Below, piece after piece: positions 38,271 through 50,762 of a stretch of 64,000 nt of DNA (position 1 is the first letter of the stretch; each line of letters starts with the position of its first letter). The stretch is from Isurus oxyrinchus (taxonomy: Eukaryota). The notes under the pieces are model-generated. The model was not told the DNA's origin and did not search any database. It saw nothing but the letters and a program-made list of their open reading frames with translations. Location: NCBI GenBank assembly GCA_026770705.1, contig JANJGN010001184.1:1-64000 (forward strand). The letters are read 5' to 3'. The translations under genes were made by a program, and so were the position numbers.

Positions 38271-38484
38271 CAGTGAGAAGATTGAGGATGTTTTGTGCTC
38301 TCAGCAAAACGTTTACCATGTGATGATCTGTCAGCTCATATTTGGGCAGCTGTAGTCATGAAGCTTCTCCAATGGCTCCGTGGGATTAAACCCCTTCCCC
38401 TCACCTCGGAGGCTGAAACTCAGGCGATAGAGTTCCCAATACAGGTCTCTGGCCATATGGTCCATGTCGACAATCTGTGGTATC

Positions 38485-39160
38485 ATTACTGAGGGAGTGC
38501 TGCACTGTCAGAGGGTCAGTGCAGAGGGAATGCTGCAATGTTGGAGGGGTCAGTACTGAGTGAGTGCTGCACTGTCAGAGGGTCAGTAATGTGGGAGTAC
38601 TGCACCATCAGAGGGTCAGTGCTAAGGAAGTGCTGCACTGTTGCAGGGTCAGTACTGAGGGAGTGCTGCACTGTCAGAGGGTCAGTGAAAAGGGAGTGCT
38701 GCACTGTTGGAGGGTCAGTACTGAGGGAGTGCTGCACTGTCAGAGGGTCAGGGCTAAGGGAGTGCTGCACTGTTGGAGGGTCAGTACTGAGTGAGTGCTG
38801 CACTGTCAGAGGGTCAGTGCTAAGGCAGTGCTGCATTGTTGGAGGGTCAGTAGTGAGGGAGTGCTGCACTGTCAGAGGATCAGGGCTAAGGGAGTGCTGC
38901 TCTGTTGGAGGGTCAGTACTGAGTGAGTGCTGCACTGTCAGAGGGTCAGTGCTAAGGGAGTGCTGCACTGTTGGAGGGTCAGTACTGAGTGAGCGCTGCA
39001 CTGATGGAGGGTCAGTTCCGAGGGAGTGCTGCACTGTCAGAGGGTCAGTGCTAAGGAAGTGCTGCACTGTACAGAGGGAGTGCGAGACTGACAGAGGGTC
39101 ACTATTGAGGATGTTCTGCATAGTCGGGGGGGTCAGTACTGAGGGAGCACTGCACTGCCA
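38485..39160. repeat. 33-bp SINE-derived tandem array (about 20 copies)
   Basis: gagggagtgctgcactgtcagagggtcagtact units; source of the RECCTVRGSVL ORFs. Confidence 0.92.
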
Positions 39161-39302
39161 TAGGTGGTTTCTTTCAGATGACATGAGAGAGAGGGTTAAA
39201 CCCACTGAGACACGACTGACACTAACGAGGCTGCACAATAATTTAACCCTATCAGTGCCAGTAATTGATGTGAGGATGTCTTCTGTTTCCATTTCTCTGT
39301 AG

Positions 39303-39551
39303 GGTAAACAGAACGTGCTGATTACTGAGCCCCGGAACACAACCAGAGACACAACTAGTGAGGGGGAGACCCCAGCTCCCCGGGGTCTCTCTGAAGGTGC
39401 ATTGGGAGGCGATGCTGGACATTGGCACATCGACAATCCCAACGGCCTTCTCTACGCCAATCCCCAAGTATTGAGGATGTCCAGTGATGATGGGTCTGTC
39501 CACAGGGATCAGGAGACGGAATACGCACAGATCAGGTTCGAGCATAACTGA
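39303..39551 (+). CDS. Orphan Siglec-type terminal cytoplasmic exon, copy 1 (..GLLYANPQV..QETEYAQIRFEHN*)
   Basis: Acceptor catttctctgtag, phase 0, open to TGA; two Tyr motifs, the distal one ITSM-like TEYAQI; AATAAA at 40101. Confidence 0.8.
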   Translation, partial: GKQNVLITEPRNTTRDTTSEGETPAPRGLSEGALGGDAGHWHIDNPNGLLYANPQVLRMSSDDGSVHRDQETEYAQIRFEHN

Positions 39552-40139
39552 ATGAAAAATGGGGAGAGGGAGTGAGGAGGTATGGGGGTGGGGGTAGTGA
39601 TTGAGATTCCTGGGAACGGGAAACAACCCACTGGGGGAGAGGGGGAGAGAGGGAGGAAGGGATGGGATTGGGCTGCGGTTGGTGTGGTTTGGAATGAAAT
39701 GCTTCTCCAGAGAGGACTGGATGCTGAGCCACTGGGGATAGAGATTCACTGTCTCTCTCTGTCTCTCTCTCTCTCTCTCTCGCTCTCTTGTTCTCTCTCT
39801 CCCTCTCTCTGTCTTTCTTTCTGTGTCTGTCACTCATTCTCTATCTCCAGCTCCTCCTTTAAGATGCCCGTTAATAACTGACTTTGTTGACTCAGCTGTT
39901 GGTCTCCTGTCCCTTATATCTCCTCATGTGCCTCAGAGTCAGGTGAAGATGTGACTAACAATTCCCGGATGAGCCTTGGGACATTTTGCTACATTAAAGG
40001 TGCTATATAAATGCAAGTAGTTGCAGTAAGTCTGATCTGCTTTGATTAACAATGGAACCACAAAGGCTCCTTCGACAGGGCGTGTGTGCAGGAGGATCCC
40101 AATAAATACATTGAGCTGTGAGATTTTTAATTCTTACAT

Positions 40140-40590
40140 CGAATGTGGCTGTCACTGGTGAAGCCAGCATTAATGCCCATCCCTAATTGCCCTTGAGAAG
40201 GTGGTGGTGATCAGCCTTCTTGACCCGCTGCAGTCCATGTGGTGTAGGTACACCCACAGTGCTGTTAGGGAGGGAGTTCCGGGATTTTGACCCAGTGACA
40301 GTGAAGGAACGGTGATATATTTCCAAGTCAGGATGGTGAGTGACTTGGAGGGGAACTTCCAGGTGGTGGTGTTCCCATGTGTCTGCTGCCCTTGTCCTTC
40401 TAGATGGTAGAGGTCGTGGGTTTGGAAGGTGCTGTTGAAGGAGCCCTGCTGAGTTGCTGCAGTGCATCTTGTAGATGGTACACACACTGCTTCCAGTGTG
40501 TGTTCGTTGTGGAGGGAGTGAATGTTTAATGTGGGGGATGGGGTGTAGATCAATCGGGCTGCTTTGTCCTGGATGGTGTCAAGCTTCTTG
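40140..40590 (-). mobile_element. LINE 3' end fragment
   Basis: Minus-strand KYITVPSLSLGQNPGTPSLTALWVYLHH; same family at 43380-43630 (+). Confidence 0.75.
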
Positions 40591-40724
40591 ATTCTGTGCT
40601 TTGTATAGAACTGATTTAAAGAGACAGTCCCAGTCGTTGGTCTAAGATTACAGTGGGCTCTGTGTCTGTGCTACACTGACTCTCTGCTATATGATAACCA
40701 CAGTGTGATATTGTGTTATTACAG

Positions 40725-40806
40725 GAGAAAGACAGCGATGGAGGAGAGAGTTTCAGGGACCAGTGACATTGCCTTGACTCCCAGTCCACTCTCTGTGAAG
40801 CACCAG
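40725..40806 (+). CDS. Small cytoplasmic exon (RKTAMEERVSGTSDIALTPSPLSVKHQ)
   Basis: Acceptor ttgtgttattacag, donor CAG|gtacag in phase 0 matching exon 42254; basic start as expected just after a TM exon. Confidence 0.6.
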
Positions 40807-40941
40807 GTACAGGAACTGTTTACACTTACACCAAATCTTCAATCTCAGTGTGTAGACAACACATGTCACAGATTCCCTGCCCAGTTACCCACTGATTTGT
40901 ACCTGTGGAGTCAGCAATGGTTCAATATCATGCTGTCTCTC

Positions 40942-41699
40942 TGTTATGACACAGCAACTGGTAAAGGCTGTTGTTTAAAATCCCAGAGGGAAACTTTAAA
41001 CAACTGTCATAACCTATATTTCCCAGTGGAATGTTTGAGATGCAGCTCTAAATTCAGGAATAAGACCACCAGTTCTTGAGATGGTTTTATATCAAACTAC
41101 ATGAGACATTTATTAATTTTCACAAGTTAATCATATGCACATGGCTACAAACTAGTACTATCATAACTTTTTAACAAATTCCCAAACTAACGTCCTCTAA
41201 GACAACCCATAGACTTTAAGCAGATTCCAAGCGAAGCATTTTCACCTCACAAATTCCAAATGAGGTTCCTTTCACTTTGGTTCCTTTGCAGACAGGTGTA
41301 GGCTTACAGCTGCTTTGATGTTACAAGCCTCTGCTCTGCACACACAAAACTGCTCAAGTTATACCCAGTGCTTCTCTTTGAATGTAAATTCTCATTGTAT
41401 CATCAGGACCTTTGAACTCCATCTCTTCTAACTATAAATCCCGTTTCATAGTATCAATTTTATTAGTAATATCAACATTGATTGGTTTAAGAATTCACTC
41501 CCAGGCTTTGAATCCTCCTTTTAAAAATGCAATATGCCTCTTTACCTCTTTGTTTACATCTCAAAACTACTATACATCAAAGTCCCCAGACCGGCTGGCT
41601 TTAATCCAATTAAAACACACACACACACACCCACAGACTAAACCTCTGTTTAAAAAGACAATTTCCAATTACAATACATACATTAATAGATTCATAACG
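40942..41699. mobile_element. Probable solo LTR
   Basis: TGTTATGA...TCATAAC ends; homologous to 45319-46136. Confidence 0.65.
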
Positions 41700-41827
41700 C
41701 TCTGTCTCTGACCCTTCATCTCTCTCTCTCTCTCTCATCCTCTCTCTGATTACAAGATTCATGTTATTGAGCCTCACACCAGGCACCTGAGTGCAGAATC
41801 CAAGCCGACACTCGCCAGAGCCTTACC

Positions 41828-42110
41828 GAGGGAGTGCGAGACTGACAGAGGGTCAGTACTGAGGGAGTGCTGCACTGTCAGAGGGTCAGTACTGAGGGAG
41901 TGCTGCACTGTCAGAGGGTCAGTACTGAGGAAGACCTGTACTGTCGGAGGGTCAGTACTGAGGGAGCGCTGCACTGTTGGAGGGTCAGTACTGAGGGAGC
42001 GCTGCACTGTCGGAGGGTCAGTACTGAGGGAGTGCTGCACTGTTGGATGGTCAGCATTGAGGAAGTGCTGCACTATCGAAGGGTCAGTACTGAGGGAGCA
42101 CTGCACTGCC
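41828..42110. repeat. 33-bp array, part of the duplicated tail module
   Basis: Same unit and same gagggagtgcgagactgacaga variant as at 39075. Confidence 0.9.
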
Positions 42111-42253
42111 ATAGGTGTTTTCTTTCATAAAACATGTGAGAGAGGGTTAAACCCACTGGCCCACGACTGATACTAACGAGGCTGCAGAATAATTTAACCC
42201 TATCAGTGCCAGTAAATGATGTGAGGATGCCTTCTGTTTCCATTTCTCTGTAG

Positions 42254-42502
42254 GGTAAACAGAACGTGCTGATTACTGAGCCCCGGAACACAACCAGAGG
42301 TACAACTAGTGAGGGGGAGACCCCAGCTCCCCGGGATCTCTCTGAAGGTGCATTGGGAGGCGATGCTGGACATGGGAACCCCGACAATCCCAACGACCTT
42401 CTCTACACCAATCCCCAAGTCTTCAGGGTGCCCAGTGGTGATGGGTCTGTCCACAGGGAAGAGCAGACGGAATACGCACAGATCAGATTCAAGAGAAACT
42501 GA
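42254..42502 (+). CDS. Orphan Siglec-type terminal cytoplasmic exon, copy 2 (..DLLYTNPQV..EQTEYAQIRFKRN*)
   Basis: Paralog of 39303-39551; same length, open, same acceptor; AATAAA at 43110. Confidence 0.82.
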   Translation, partial: GKQNVLITEPRNTTRGTTSEGETPAPRDLSEGALGGDAGHGNPDNPNDLLYTNPQVFRVPSGDGSVHREEQTEYAQIRFKRN

Positions 42503-43649
42503 GCGTGAAAAAGGGAGAGGGGGTCAGGAGGTTTGTGGATGGTGGCAGGGATGAAGATTCTTGGGAACATGAGACAAGCCACTGGGGGAGAGGAGGAGAG
42601 AGGGAGGAAGGGACTGAATGGGTCTGTGGTTGGTGTGGTTTGGAATGAAATGTTTCCCCAGTGACGACTTGATGCTGAGTCATTGGGGACAGAGATTCAG
42701 TNNNNNNNNNNNNNNNNNNNNNNNNNNNNNNNNNNNNNNNNNNNNNNNNNNNNNNNNNNNNNNNNNNNNNNNNNNNNNNNNNNNNNNNNNNNNNNNNNNN
42801 NNNNNNNNNNNNNNNNNNNNNNNNNNNNNNNNNNNNNNNNNNNNNNNNNNNNNNNNNNNNNNNNNNNNNNNNNNNNNNNNNATTAACTGGCTATGTGAAA
42901 TCAGCTTTTTGTCACCTGTCCCTAATACCTCATTATGTGTCTCAGAGATGGATTTATATGTAGGTAACAATCCCCTGAAGAGATTTGGGACAGTTTGTTA
43001 CGTTAAGTGTGCCATATAAATGCAAGTTGTTGCAGGAAAGTTTATCTGCCTCGATTCAGAATGGGAATTCAGAGGGTCCATCGACAGGGCGTGTGTGCAA
43101 CAGCCTCGCAATAAATGCATTGCACGGCAACAACTAAGCATGTCCTTTGATGCTGATGCATCCCAGTACTGCTGTGTGGACACATCACAACCGAGGGACT
43201 GCCTGACTGCGTGCAGCCAACATGGCCGAATAGTAATTAGCAGAAATGTGATGTCACTGAACATTGTTGACATTTCAGAAAGTGCTTTCTGAATTCTGCA
43301 ACTTGTTTATTCTGTGATAGATTACAAGAAGCCTTTGCATTTTCTATAATATTACATTTATTGTCACAAGGGATTGAAATGCCCAGACACCACCACCTGG
43401 AAGTTCGCCTCCAAGACACACATCATCCTGATTTTGAAATATATCGCCGTCCCTTCACTGCCACTGGGTCAAAATCTTGGACTTCCTTCTCTAACTGCAT
43501 TGTGGGTGTACCTACACCACATGGAGTGCAGAGGGTCCGGAAGGCAGCTCACCACCACCTTCTCAAGGTAATTAGGGATGGGCCATAAATGCTGGCCTAG
43601 CCAGTGATGCCCACTTCCCATGGAAGAATGAATATATAAAATATAAAGT

Positions 43650-46540
43650 TGGAACAAATGAATGAAGTTATAGCACAAATAGAGATTAATGGGTACGATA
43701 AGATGGACACTGCAGAGAGTTGGTTGCAAGGTGACCAAGGTTGGAAATTGAAAATTGAAGGATATTTGGAATCTTTGAAAGGATAGGAAAAATGAAAAGG
43801 AGGTGGGGTAGCTCTCTTAATAAAAGATGAGACCTGTAAAGTAGTGAGAAATGATTTTGGCTCAGATGTCAAGATGCACAGTCAGTTTGGGTGAACATAA
43901 GGAATTGCAAGGGAAAGAAATCACTGGTGGGTTGGTTTATACTCCCCCCTGACAGTAGTTACACTGCAGGGGTAGATTATAAATCAATACATGAGGAGGT
44001 CTGTGAGAAAGGCACCACATTAATCATGGGAGTTTTCAATCGTCATATGGATTAGACAAATCAGATTAGCAAATGTAGCTTTCAGCGAGGTTATACAGAT
44101 TGTATTCAGGACAGTATTTTAGAACAATGCAACATGGAACCAACCAGGGTAGAGGCTGTTTTAGTCCTGGCAATGTTTAATGAGACAAGACTAATTAACA
44201 TCTCATTGTAAAGGATCCTCAAGGGAAGAGTAATCATACGGTGTTGAAATTTAATATTCAATTTGGAAACTTGGGTCTGAAGCTAGTGTCATAAACTTAA
44301 CTAAAGGCAATTACAAGGGCTAAAAGTAGAGTCGGCCCAAGTAGAGTGGGACAGCAGGTTTAAGGGGGGGGGGGGGGGGGTGTAGATGAGGAGTAACAGG
44401 TGTCTAAAGAGATGTTTCATAAATGCCAATGAAGATATTTTCCAGTAAGAAAGAAAGAATCTATAAAAAGGATGGAGCATCGGCGGCTAACTCAGGAAGC
44501 TAAGGACGGTATCCAATTGTGAGATAAAGCCGGCAATGTTGGGATGCTTAGTGATAGGCTGGAGATTGGGAATATTTGAGAAACCAGAAAAGTGAGGGGA
44601 GAAATATAAGGAGGCAGAAATGATGATATGAGAGTAAACTAGCAAGAACCATAAACAATGTCTGTGAGATGTTGTACATTAAAATAAGAGAGAAGCTACA
44701 GTAATAATGGGACACATAGAAAATCAGACTGGGGAATTAATAATGGGAAACAAGGAAATGACAGAGACTTTCAACAAGAATTTTGGGTCTGTCTTCACAG
44801 TAAAAATCTCTAAAACCATCCCAATAGCAGGAGAAAGTCACGGTGCAACAAGGAGGGAGGAACATAAAACAATCACTATCACCAGAGAAAAAGTATTAAG
44901 AAAACTAATGAGACAAACGCTGACAAGTCCCATGGAGCAGACGGCCTGAATGTGAGGGTCTGAAAGGAAATGGCTGCAGAGACGGTGGATGCATTGGTTG
45001 TAATCTTCCGGAATTCCTTAGATTATGGGAAGGTCCCAGCGGATTGGAAAAACATAAATGAAACATTTCTGTTCAATAAAGGGAGGAGGCAGAAAGCAAG
45101 AAACCACAGGTCAGTTAGTCTAATATCTGTCATTGGGAAAATACCAGAATTCATTATGAAGGAGGGAGCAGCAGGACATTTAGAAAACCATAATTCAATC
45201 AGACAGAGTCAACATGGGTTTGTGAAAGGGATATCATGTTTGAAAAAATAATTAGATTTCCTCGAGGATGGAACAAGTGGATTGGATAAAGTGGAACCTG
45301 TAGACATGGTGTATTAGGGACTATGACACAGCCAAGGGTAAAGGCTGAGTTGTTCAAATCCCAGAGGGAAAATTGAAACAAATGTCATAACCCAATTTTG
45401 CTGTTTGTAATTTCGAGATGAAGACTTTGAATTCAGTAGGAATAAGACCACCGAGGATTGTGGGTTTTTTATATAAAACTAAATAAACCATTTATTAATT
45501 TAACACATACACATTGGCTACAAATAACTACTATAATAACTTTTTAACAAATCCCCCAATTAATCACCCCCATGAAAATCTCTACTAAGGCAACAATGAA
45601 CCATTGACATAATATAGACACCAGGCAAAGCACATTTGACATTACGAATTCCGAATGAGGTTCCTTTGCTAGTTGGTTGGAGGCTACAGGCTGGTTAGGT
45701 CTGAAATGCTCCTGCCTCACACACACAAACTCCTTCCTTTATATAACTAGCTTTCCCTTTGAATGTAAATTTTCCATTGTATCACTCGGTCTTCTGAACT
45801 CCAGCTCGTCGAACAATAAAACCCCATTTCATAGCACCAATTTCATTAGTAAAAACAAGAAAAAACACATCTTTTGGTTCCTTCTAACTAGGTGCAAGAT
45901 TTTACCCCCAGTCTGGAATGGTTTATTCAACAATTGCAAATGAACACTTTACTGTTCTCCTCACAATTCACCCAATTAACATCTCAAAACTACTAAACAT
46001 CAAAGCACACAGACCAGCTGGCTTTAATCCAATTAAGACACACACAGACACACACCTATACATGGACCACCACTAGAATTCTATTTTAAATAATAATTTC
46101 AAAGCACATTTTACACACAAATATCTCTTCATGACATTGGATTTCCAAAAGGCATTCGATAAGGAGCCACATCAAAGGATACAGCACAGGGTGAAATTGG
46201 ATGGTGTTGGGGGGGATATATTAATACGGATAGAGGACTGGCGAACTGACAGGAAACAGAGAGCCAGGATAAATGGGTGATTTTCAGCTTGGTAAACTGT
46301 AACTAGTGGAGAGCCACAGGGATCAGTGCTGAGGCCTCAACTATTCACAATCTACATTAGTGACTTGGATGAAGAGACTGACTGTACTGTAGGCAGATTT
46401 TCTGACTGTATGGTGAAGATAGGTAGGAAATATATCAGCTGTGCAGGAAAGCAAGTTGTGAGGAGGACACAAAGAGGCTGCAGAGGGAGATAAATAGTTT
46501 CAGTGAGTAGATAAAAAAATGAGTGGATGGAATACAAGGA
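43650..46540 (+). mobile_element. Long degenerate CR1 LINE (endonuclease plus RT), interrupted by an LTR
   Basis: gaaaaggaggtggggtagc endonuclease motif, KVPADWKN, SQHGFVKG; the VYLDFQKAFDK motif is split by the 45319-46136 insertion. Confidence 0.85.
45319..46136. mobile_element. Probable solo LTR nested in CR1
   Basis: Ends tcatgaca; flanks tagg/ttgg; homologous to 40942-41699. Confidence 0.65.
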
Positions 46541-46639
46541 ATGAAAATGTCAGGGTGTCCAGCTGATCCTACTTGTTCTGTTCTTATATTCTTATACAGA
46601 CACAGGGTTTGCTGACAGTGCACAGCTAAGTGCTGTTCA

Positions 46640-46793
46640 CTCACTTTGTTCCAACTTCCTCATTTTGGCTCACAGTGACACATCAGCCTTTTCTAATTTA
46701 ATACACAGATGGATCAGCACAGGATGAGGTCATTCAGCCCAAGCAGAGCGTGTGGGCAGTTCCTCCCCAGGCGAGCAGTCGGACAGGTCCTGG
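46640..46793 (+). promoter_or_regulatory. Gene A putative promoter and non-coding first exon
   Basis: ETS/PU.1-like ACTTCCTC at 46654-46661; donor TGG|gtaagt at 46793/46794; conserved in inverted gene B. Confidence 0.5.
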
Positions 46794-47225
46794 GTAAGTA
46801 ACGGAACGATTGGAATTCACTTCCACCACCAACACCGTCCTTTGTTGATGTTGTGACTTTATAAGGACAGATTCCAATGATCGATGCCTTTGAAAGATTT
46901 CTACTGGTTATTGAGATCTGGGTGTGAGGCTCAAGTCTGTTGCACAGAACATCTTTCTAGCTCAAGGGACATGAGCTTGGGGACATCCAAGGTGGTGAAA
47001 GGTGCTATAGAAATGCAAGACCTTCATTGTTTTTCTTTCTGAAAGCCTTGTAACTCTCTGTAGAGCACCTATCATCCCACAAAGAATCAAATTAGTCTGT
47101 GAAGATATTGTCTAAAAGCAGTTCTGATCTCTCAAGAGCATTCGTACAAGAGGTGAAGTCTCATTAACTCCTTTCTCTTTCAGAACTTCAGAGTTAGAAG
47201 CTGAGGAAATATCTGGGAGTGGACA

Positions 47226-47265
47226 ATGATCGGGAAATCTTACTTCCTCCTGTCACTTCTGCAAG
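47226..47265 (+). CDS. Siglec-like gene A signal-peptide exon MIGKSYFLLSLLQ
   Basis: Acceptor ctttctctttcag at 47183, acaATG start, phase-1 donor CAAG|gtaat. Confidence 0.88.
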
Positions 47266-49904
47266 GTAATACCATTGTCAGCTCGGACAGATTTATGGTT
47301 AATAGTCTTTGTTAAAGATCATTCTTATTGAGCTCTGATAGGGAACTGATTCAGCAGTGATCCAGTGTACAAACTCACACCAAGTCCCATTCACCCATCA
47401 CCCCTGTGCTCACTGATGTACACTGACTCCCTGTCTGACAGCAGAATTGGAGTAGACCAGTGGTCTTGAAGGGTTGTAGGGGCTGGAGGAGTTTACAGGG
47501 ATAGGCAGGTTTGTAGCAGCGAGAGCAGAATCTTGAAATTCAGGTGCTGTCGGACGTTGGTCAGTGAGCGATGGGGATTGATGTGTTGAATAGAGAAGCA
47601 GGGATAAAACCTTGGGGGTGAAGCCTATCCTAATGTGAGGTCTCCGATAGCAATGACCTGAAATTTGTGTCCTTTGCTGCCTTTATTCAAAACTTCCCAT
47701 GAAGACAGCACAGCAGCTCCTAGAATAGACAGGTTGTTCAGTGTCACACTTCCTGTCCATTCTCACCTTGCTAGATACTTCAATAAGGGAGCAAGATAAC
47801 TGAAAGAGAGAAGGAAGGCAAAACTGACTGTGTGTAAAAGTGTCAAATATTCTGAGTTATCTGATGAGTGTCTCTGATCTGCTGCAGAGTTTAAATTTCA
47901 CGGAATCTGAGCACTTTGCAGCTCAGAGAGAGACCATTGACTCACTGCCTGAAAGGGCGGTGGAAGCAGATTCAACAGGAACTTTCAGAAGGGGAACTGG
48001 ATAAATACTTGAAGGGAAATTTGCAGGGCTGTGTGAAAGGTGCTGGAGAGGAATTGGGAAAGAGCCAGCACATGCACGATGAGTCAAATGAGCTCCTCCT
48101 GTGTTGTATCGTTCGACAATCAGACAATTTTAGATCCTTATCAACAAATCTTCAGAATCCTGCTGAATCACAGATATTTCAGAAGGACAGGGAACATGAG
48201 GTTTCTGGTATCAACGCTTCATGTGGGGCCCAGTTCAGTTTGAACAAAAAAAATGACAACAGCATCTTTGAAAGTCATGAACCCACCACAGCGGCACCTG
48301 CGACACATGCAGAGCTCAGGCTAGAGGCGCTTTGTTAGTGTGTTTCACAGTGTCTGCTGGAGTAGGGTCAGTGCTGAGCTTGGGGACAAGTCAGTCTACA
48401 ATGCTGCATTGGAATCAACAATACAACAATATGGGGTTTGCATCAGAAATAATCCCTTAGACAATGAGGATACAAAGAGATTCTTCAGACAATGAGGATC
48501 CAAAGAGATTCCTTAGACAATGAGAATCCAAAGAGATTACTTATTCCATCGGTTGTCTAACTGGGGTCCATGATTTTCCAAGGGGTCCTTGGCAGAATCA
48601 AATTATCGAGCAATAGTGTGTAAAATACGGGAGAGAACGGGAAAGGTGGGATCAATGGAAAACTGTTCACTCTGTTTACACTAATGGGAGTTAGTCTCAG
48701 TAATGGAGACCATGAAACTATCATCGATTGTCATACACACCCATCTGGTTCACTAATGGCCTTTAGGGAAGGAAATCTGCCGTCTATATCTGGTCTGGCC
48801 TACATGTGACTCCAGACTCATAGCAACGTGGTTCCTCTGAAATGTCCGAGCAAACCATCCAGTTCTCACCATGCTAGAAACTTCAATAAGGGAGTAAGAT
48901 AACTGAAAGAGAGAAGGAAGGTAAAGCTGCTCATGTGGATAGATGTCAAATATCCTGAGTGATCATGATTGTCTCTACTCTGCTACAGAGATTATGTCAC
49001 GGGACATTAGAGATGGGCAGCAAATGCTGGCCTTGGCAGCGACGCCCACATCCCATGAATGAATACATTTACAAAATCTTATTACTTGGAGGGATAAAAG
49101 GGTTAAAGAGTTGCTGATGGAGGAACAGGCACCCAATTTTTTTCGTAATTTACAGTTAGGAACCAATAATATTTTGTTTCAAGTAGACGAGGTTTGAGAT
49201 TTAAGATGCTTGTGAAGAGAATAAAGCTACAAGATTCCATGGCTTTTAAACAAACAAAAATAAACTTTACTGCACCAGCTCAGAAAGATAAAATAATTCA
49301 CAATATCCACCTTATACCCTAACATTCTGGATTAATATGAGCTCATGTGAATTAACAGGCAAACTGTGGTCTCACAGCCACATTACTCATTAAATTGTAA
49401 ACGCGACCAAGATAGAGCCCATGGATTTCACAACAACCCACCCGGACATCAGTGAACACTGTCAGTCAACCAATCTCACTGAAACTCTGTTTCTCTCATG
49501 AGGGATTCCAGTCTTCAACTTCGAAGATCTTGCCTTGGAATTCTCTCCAAAAGTCGCTTCAACTCGGATGGCCTCAGTGACGTTCCACCTCACAGGGTTT
49601 CCATCTCTTCTCCTGAGGCTCCATTGCCCTGGATTCCCGACTATATACTCAAGTACCACTAGGTTTAGATGAAAGGTTTTGATTGACTGGGTAGACAGAG
49701 AATGTTCCCTCTTGTGGGCAGGAGAATAACTAGAGGCCGAGTGATTGGTGATTCCTTAAACATTGAAGAGGGAATGAACACCAATCAGATTGAATCAGAT
49801 TAGCCAATCAGCTGTGTTGAAGAGCAGACAGGAATGTTAGGCTAATTAGTGATTCATGACGGTGATAATGGGGGGAGTTCTGAGTGGAAGACTGGCTTCA
49901 CTAA

Positions 49905-50174
49905 GGGGAAGCGGTAGCAGAGAGGTATTGTCACTGGGCTAGTATTCCAGAGGCCCCGGGTGATGCTCTGGGGCCCTGGGTGTGAATCCCATCACAGCTG
50001 ATGAATGGAATTAAAAAGCCTGGTTCACTGATCACCTATAGGGAAGGAAATCTGCCACTCTTACCCAGTCTGGCCTACATGTCACTCCAAACCCAAAGCA
50101 ATGTGGTTGACTCTTAAATGCCTCTGATGGACATGGGATGGGTAATAAATCCCATGAATGAATAATTCGAAAAA
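49905..50174 (+). mobile_element. tRNA-derived SINE inserted in gene A only
   Basis: Flanked by ACTAA repeats (49900-49904 and 50175-50179); the empty site is present in gene B near 33945. Confidence 0.75.
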
Positions 50175-50396
50175 ACTAAACAGGGTCCTGAGGACCATGA
50201 GCCAATGTAGAATGAACTTGTCCACTCCTGTGTCCAGGATTCTCTTCCAACCATTGTGAAACCTTGGGGAGTTCCTTGTGTGTCCTGTAGATGGTCCACA
50301 CTGCAGCCACTGTGCCCCAATGATGGAGGCAGTGGAGATCAAGTCTAATGGAACTACAAACCGTCCAGAATTAAATATTGATATTTCTCTCCCCAG

Positions 50397-50762
50397 TTGG
50401 ATGGTCACAAGAGTGGAAAGGTGACACTCCACGAGAGATGACAGCACAGAAAGGTTCGTGTGTACAGATTCCGTGTCATTACAGTTATCCTTCAAATTTG
50501 GAAAACCAACAACGAGGTGGAGTCTGGTTTAATAATGAGGAACGGGGAAGATCGTCTATAGCCTTTCACTCCAAGGATCACAATCATGAGTTACCACGAT
50601 TCCGCCATCGGACCCGGCTGTCTGGAGACCTGAAAGATGGCGACTGTTCCCTGATTATAAACAACATCAGACGGGAAGATGCAGGACCTTATTATTTCAG
50701 AATAGAATTTGACAGCAGAAATAGTTACAGCTACTATCCTGTAACCCAGCTTCACGTTTCTG
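50397..50762 (+). CDS. Gene A Siglec V-set (sialic-acid-binding type) exon
   Basis: VGWSQEW..GSCVQIPCHYSYP..GVWF..RTRLSGDLKDGDCSLIINNIRREDAGPYYFRIEF..YSYYPVTQLHVS: Siglec Cys pattern, F-strand Arg, G-strand aromatics; ag/gt phase 1/1. Confidence 0.95.

Noticed and set aside
38516-39442. Long PLTVQHSLSTD / RECCTVRGSVL ORFs (also at 4077, 27441, 51657)
   Set aside because: The 33-bp unit is a multiple of 3 without stops in these frames; non-coding SINE-derived satellite.
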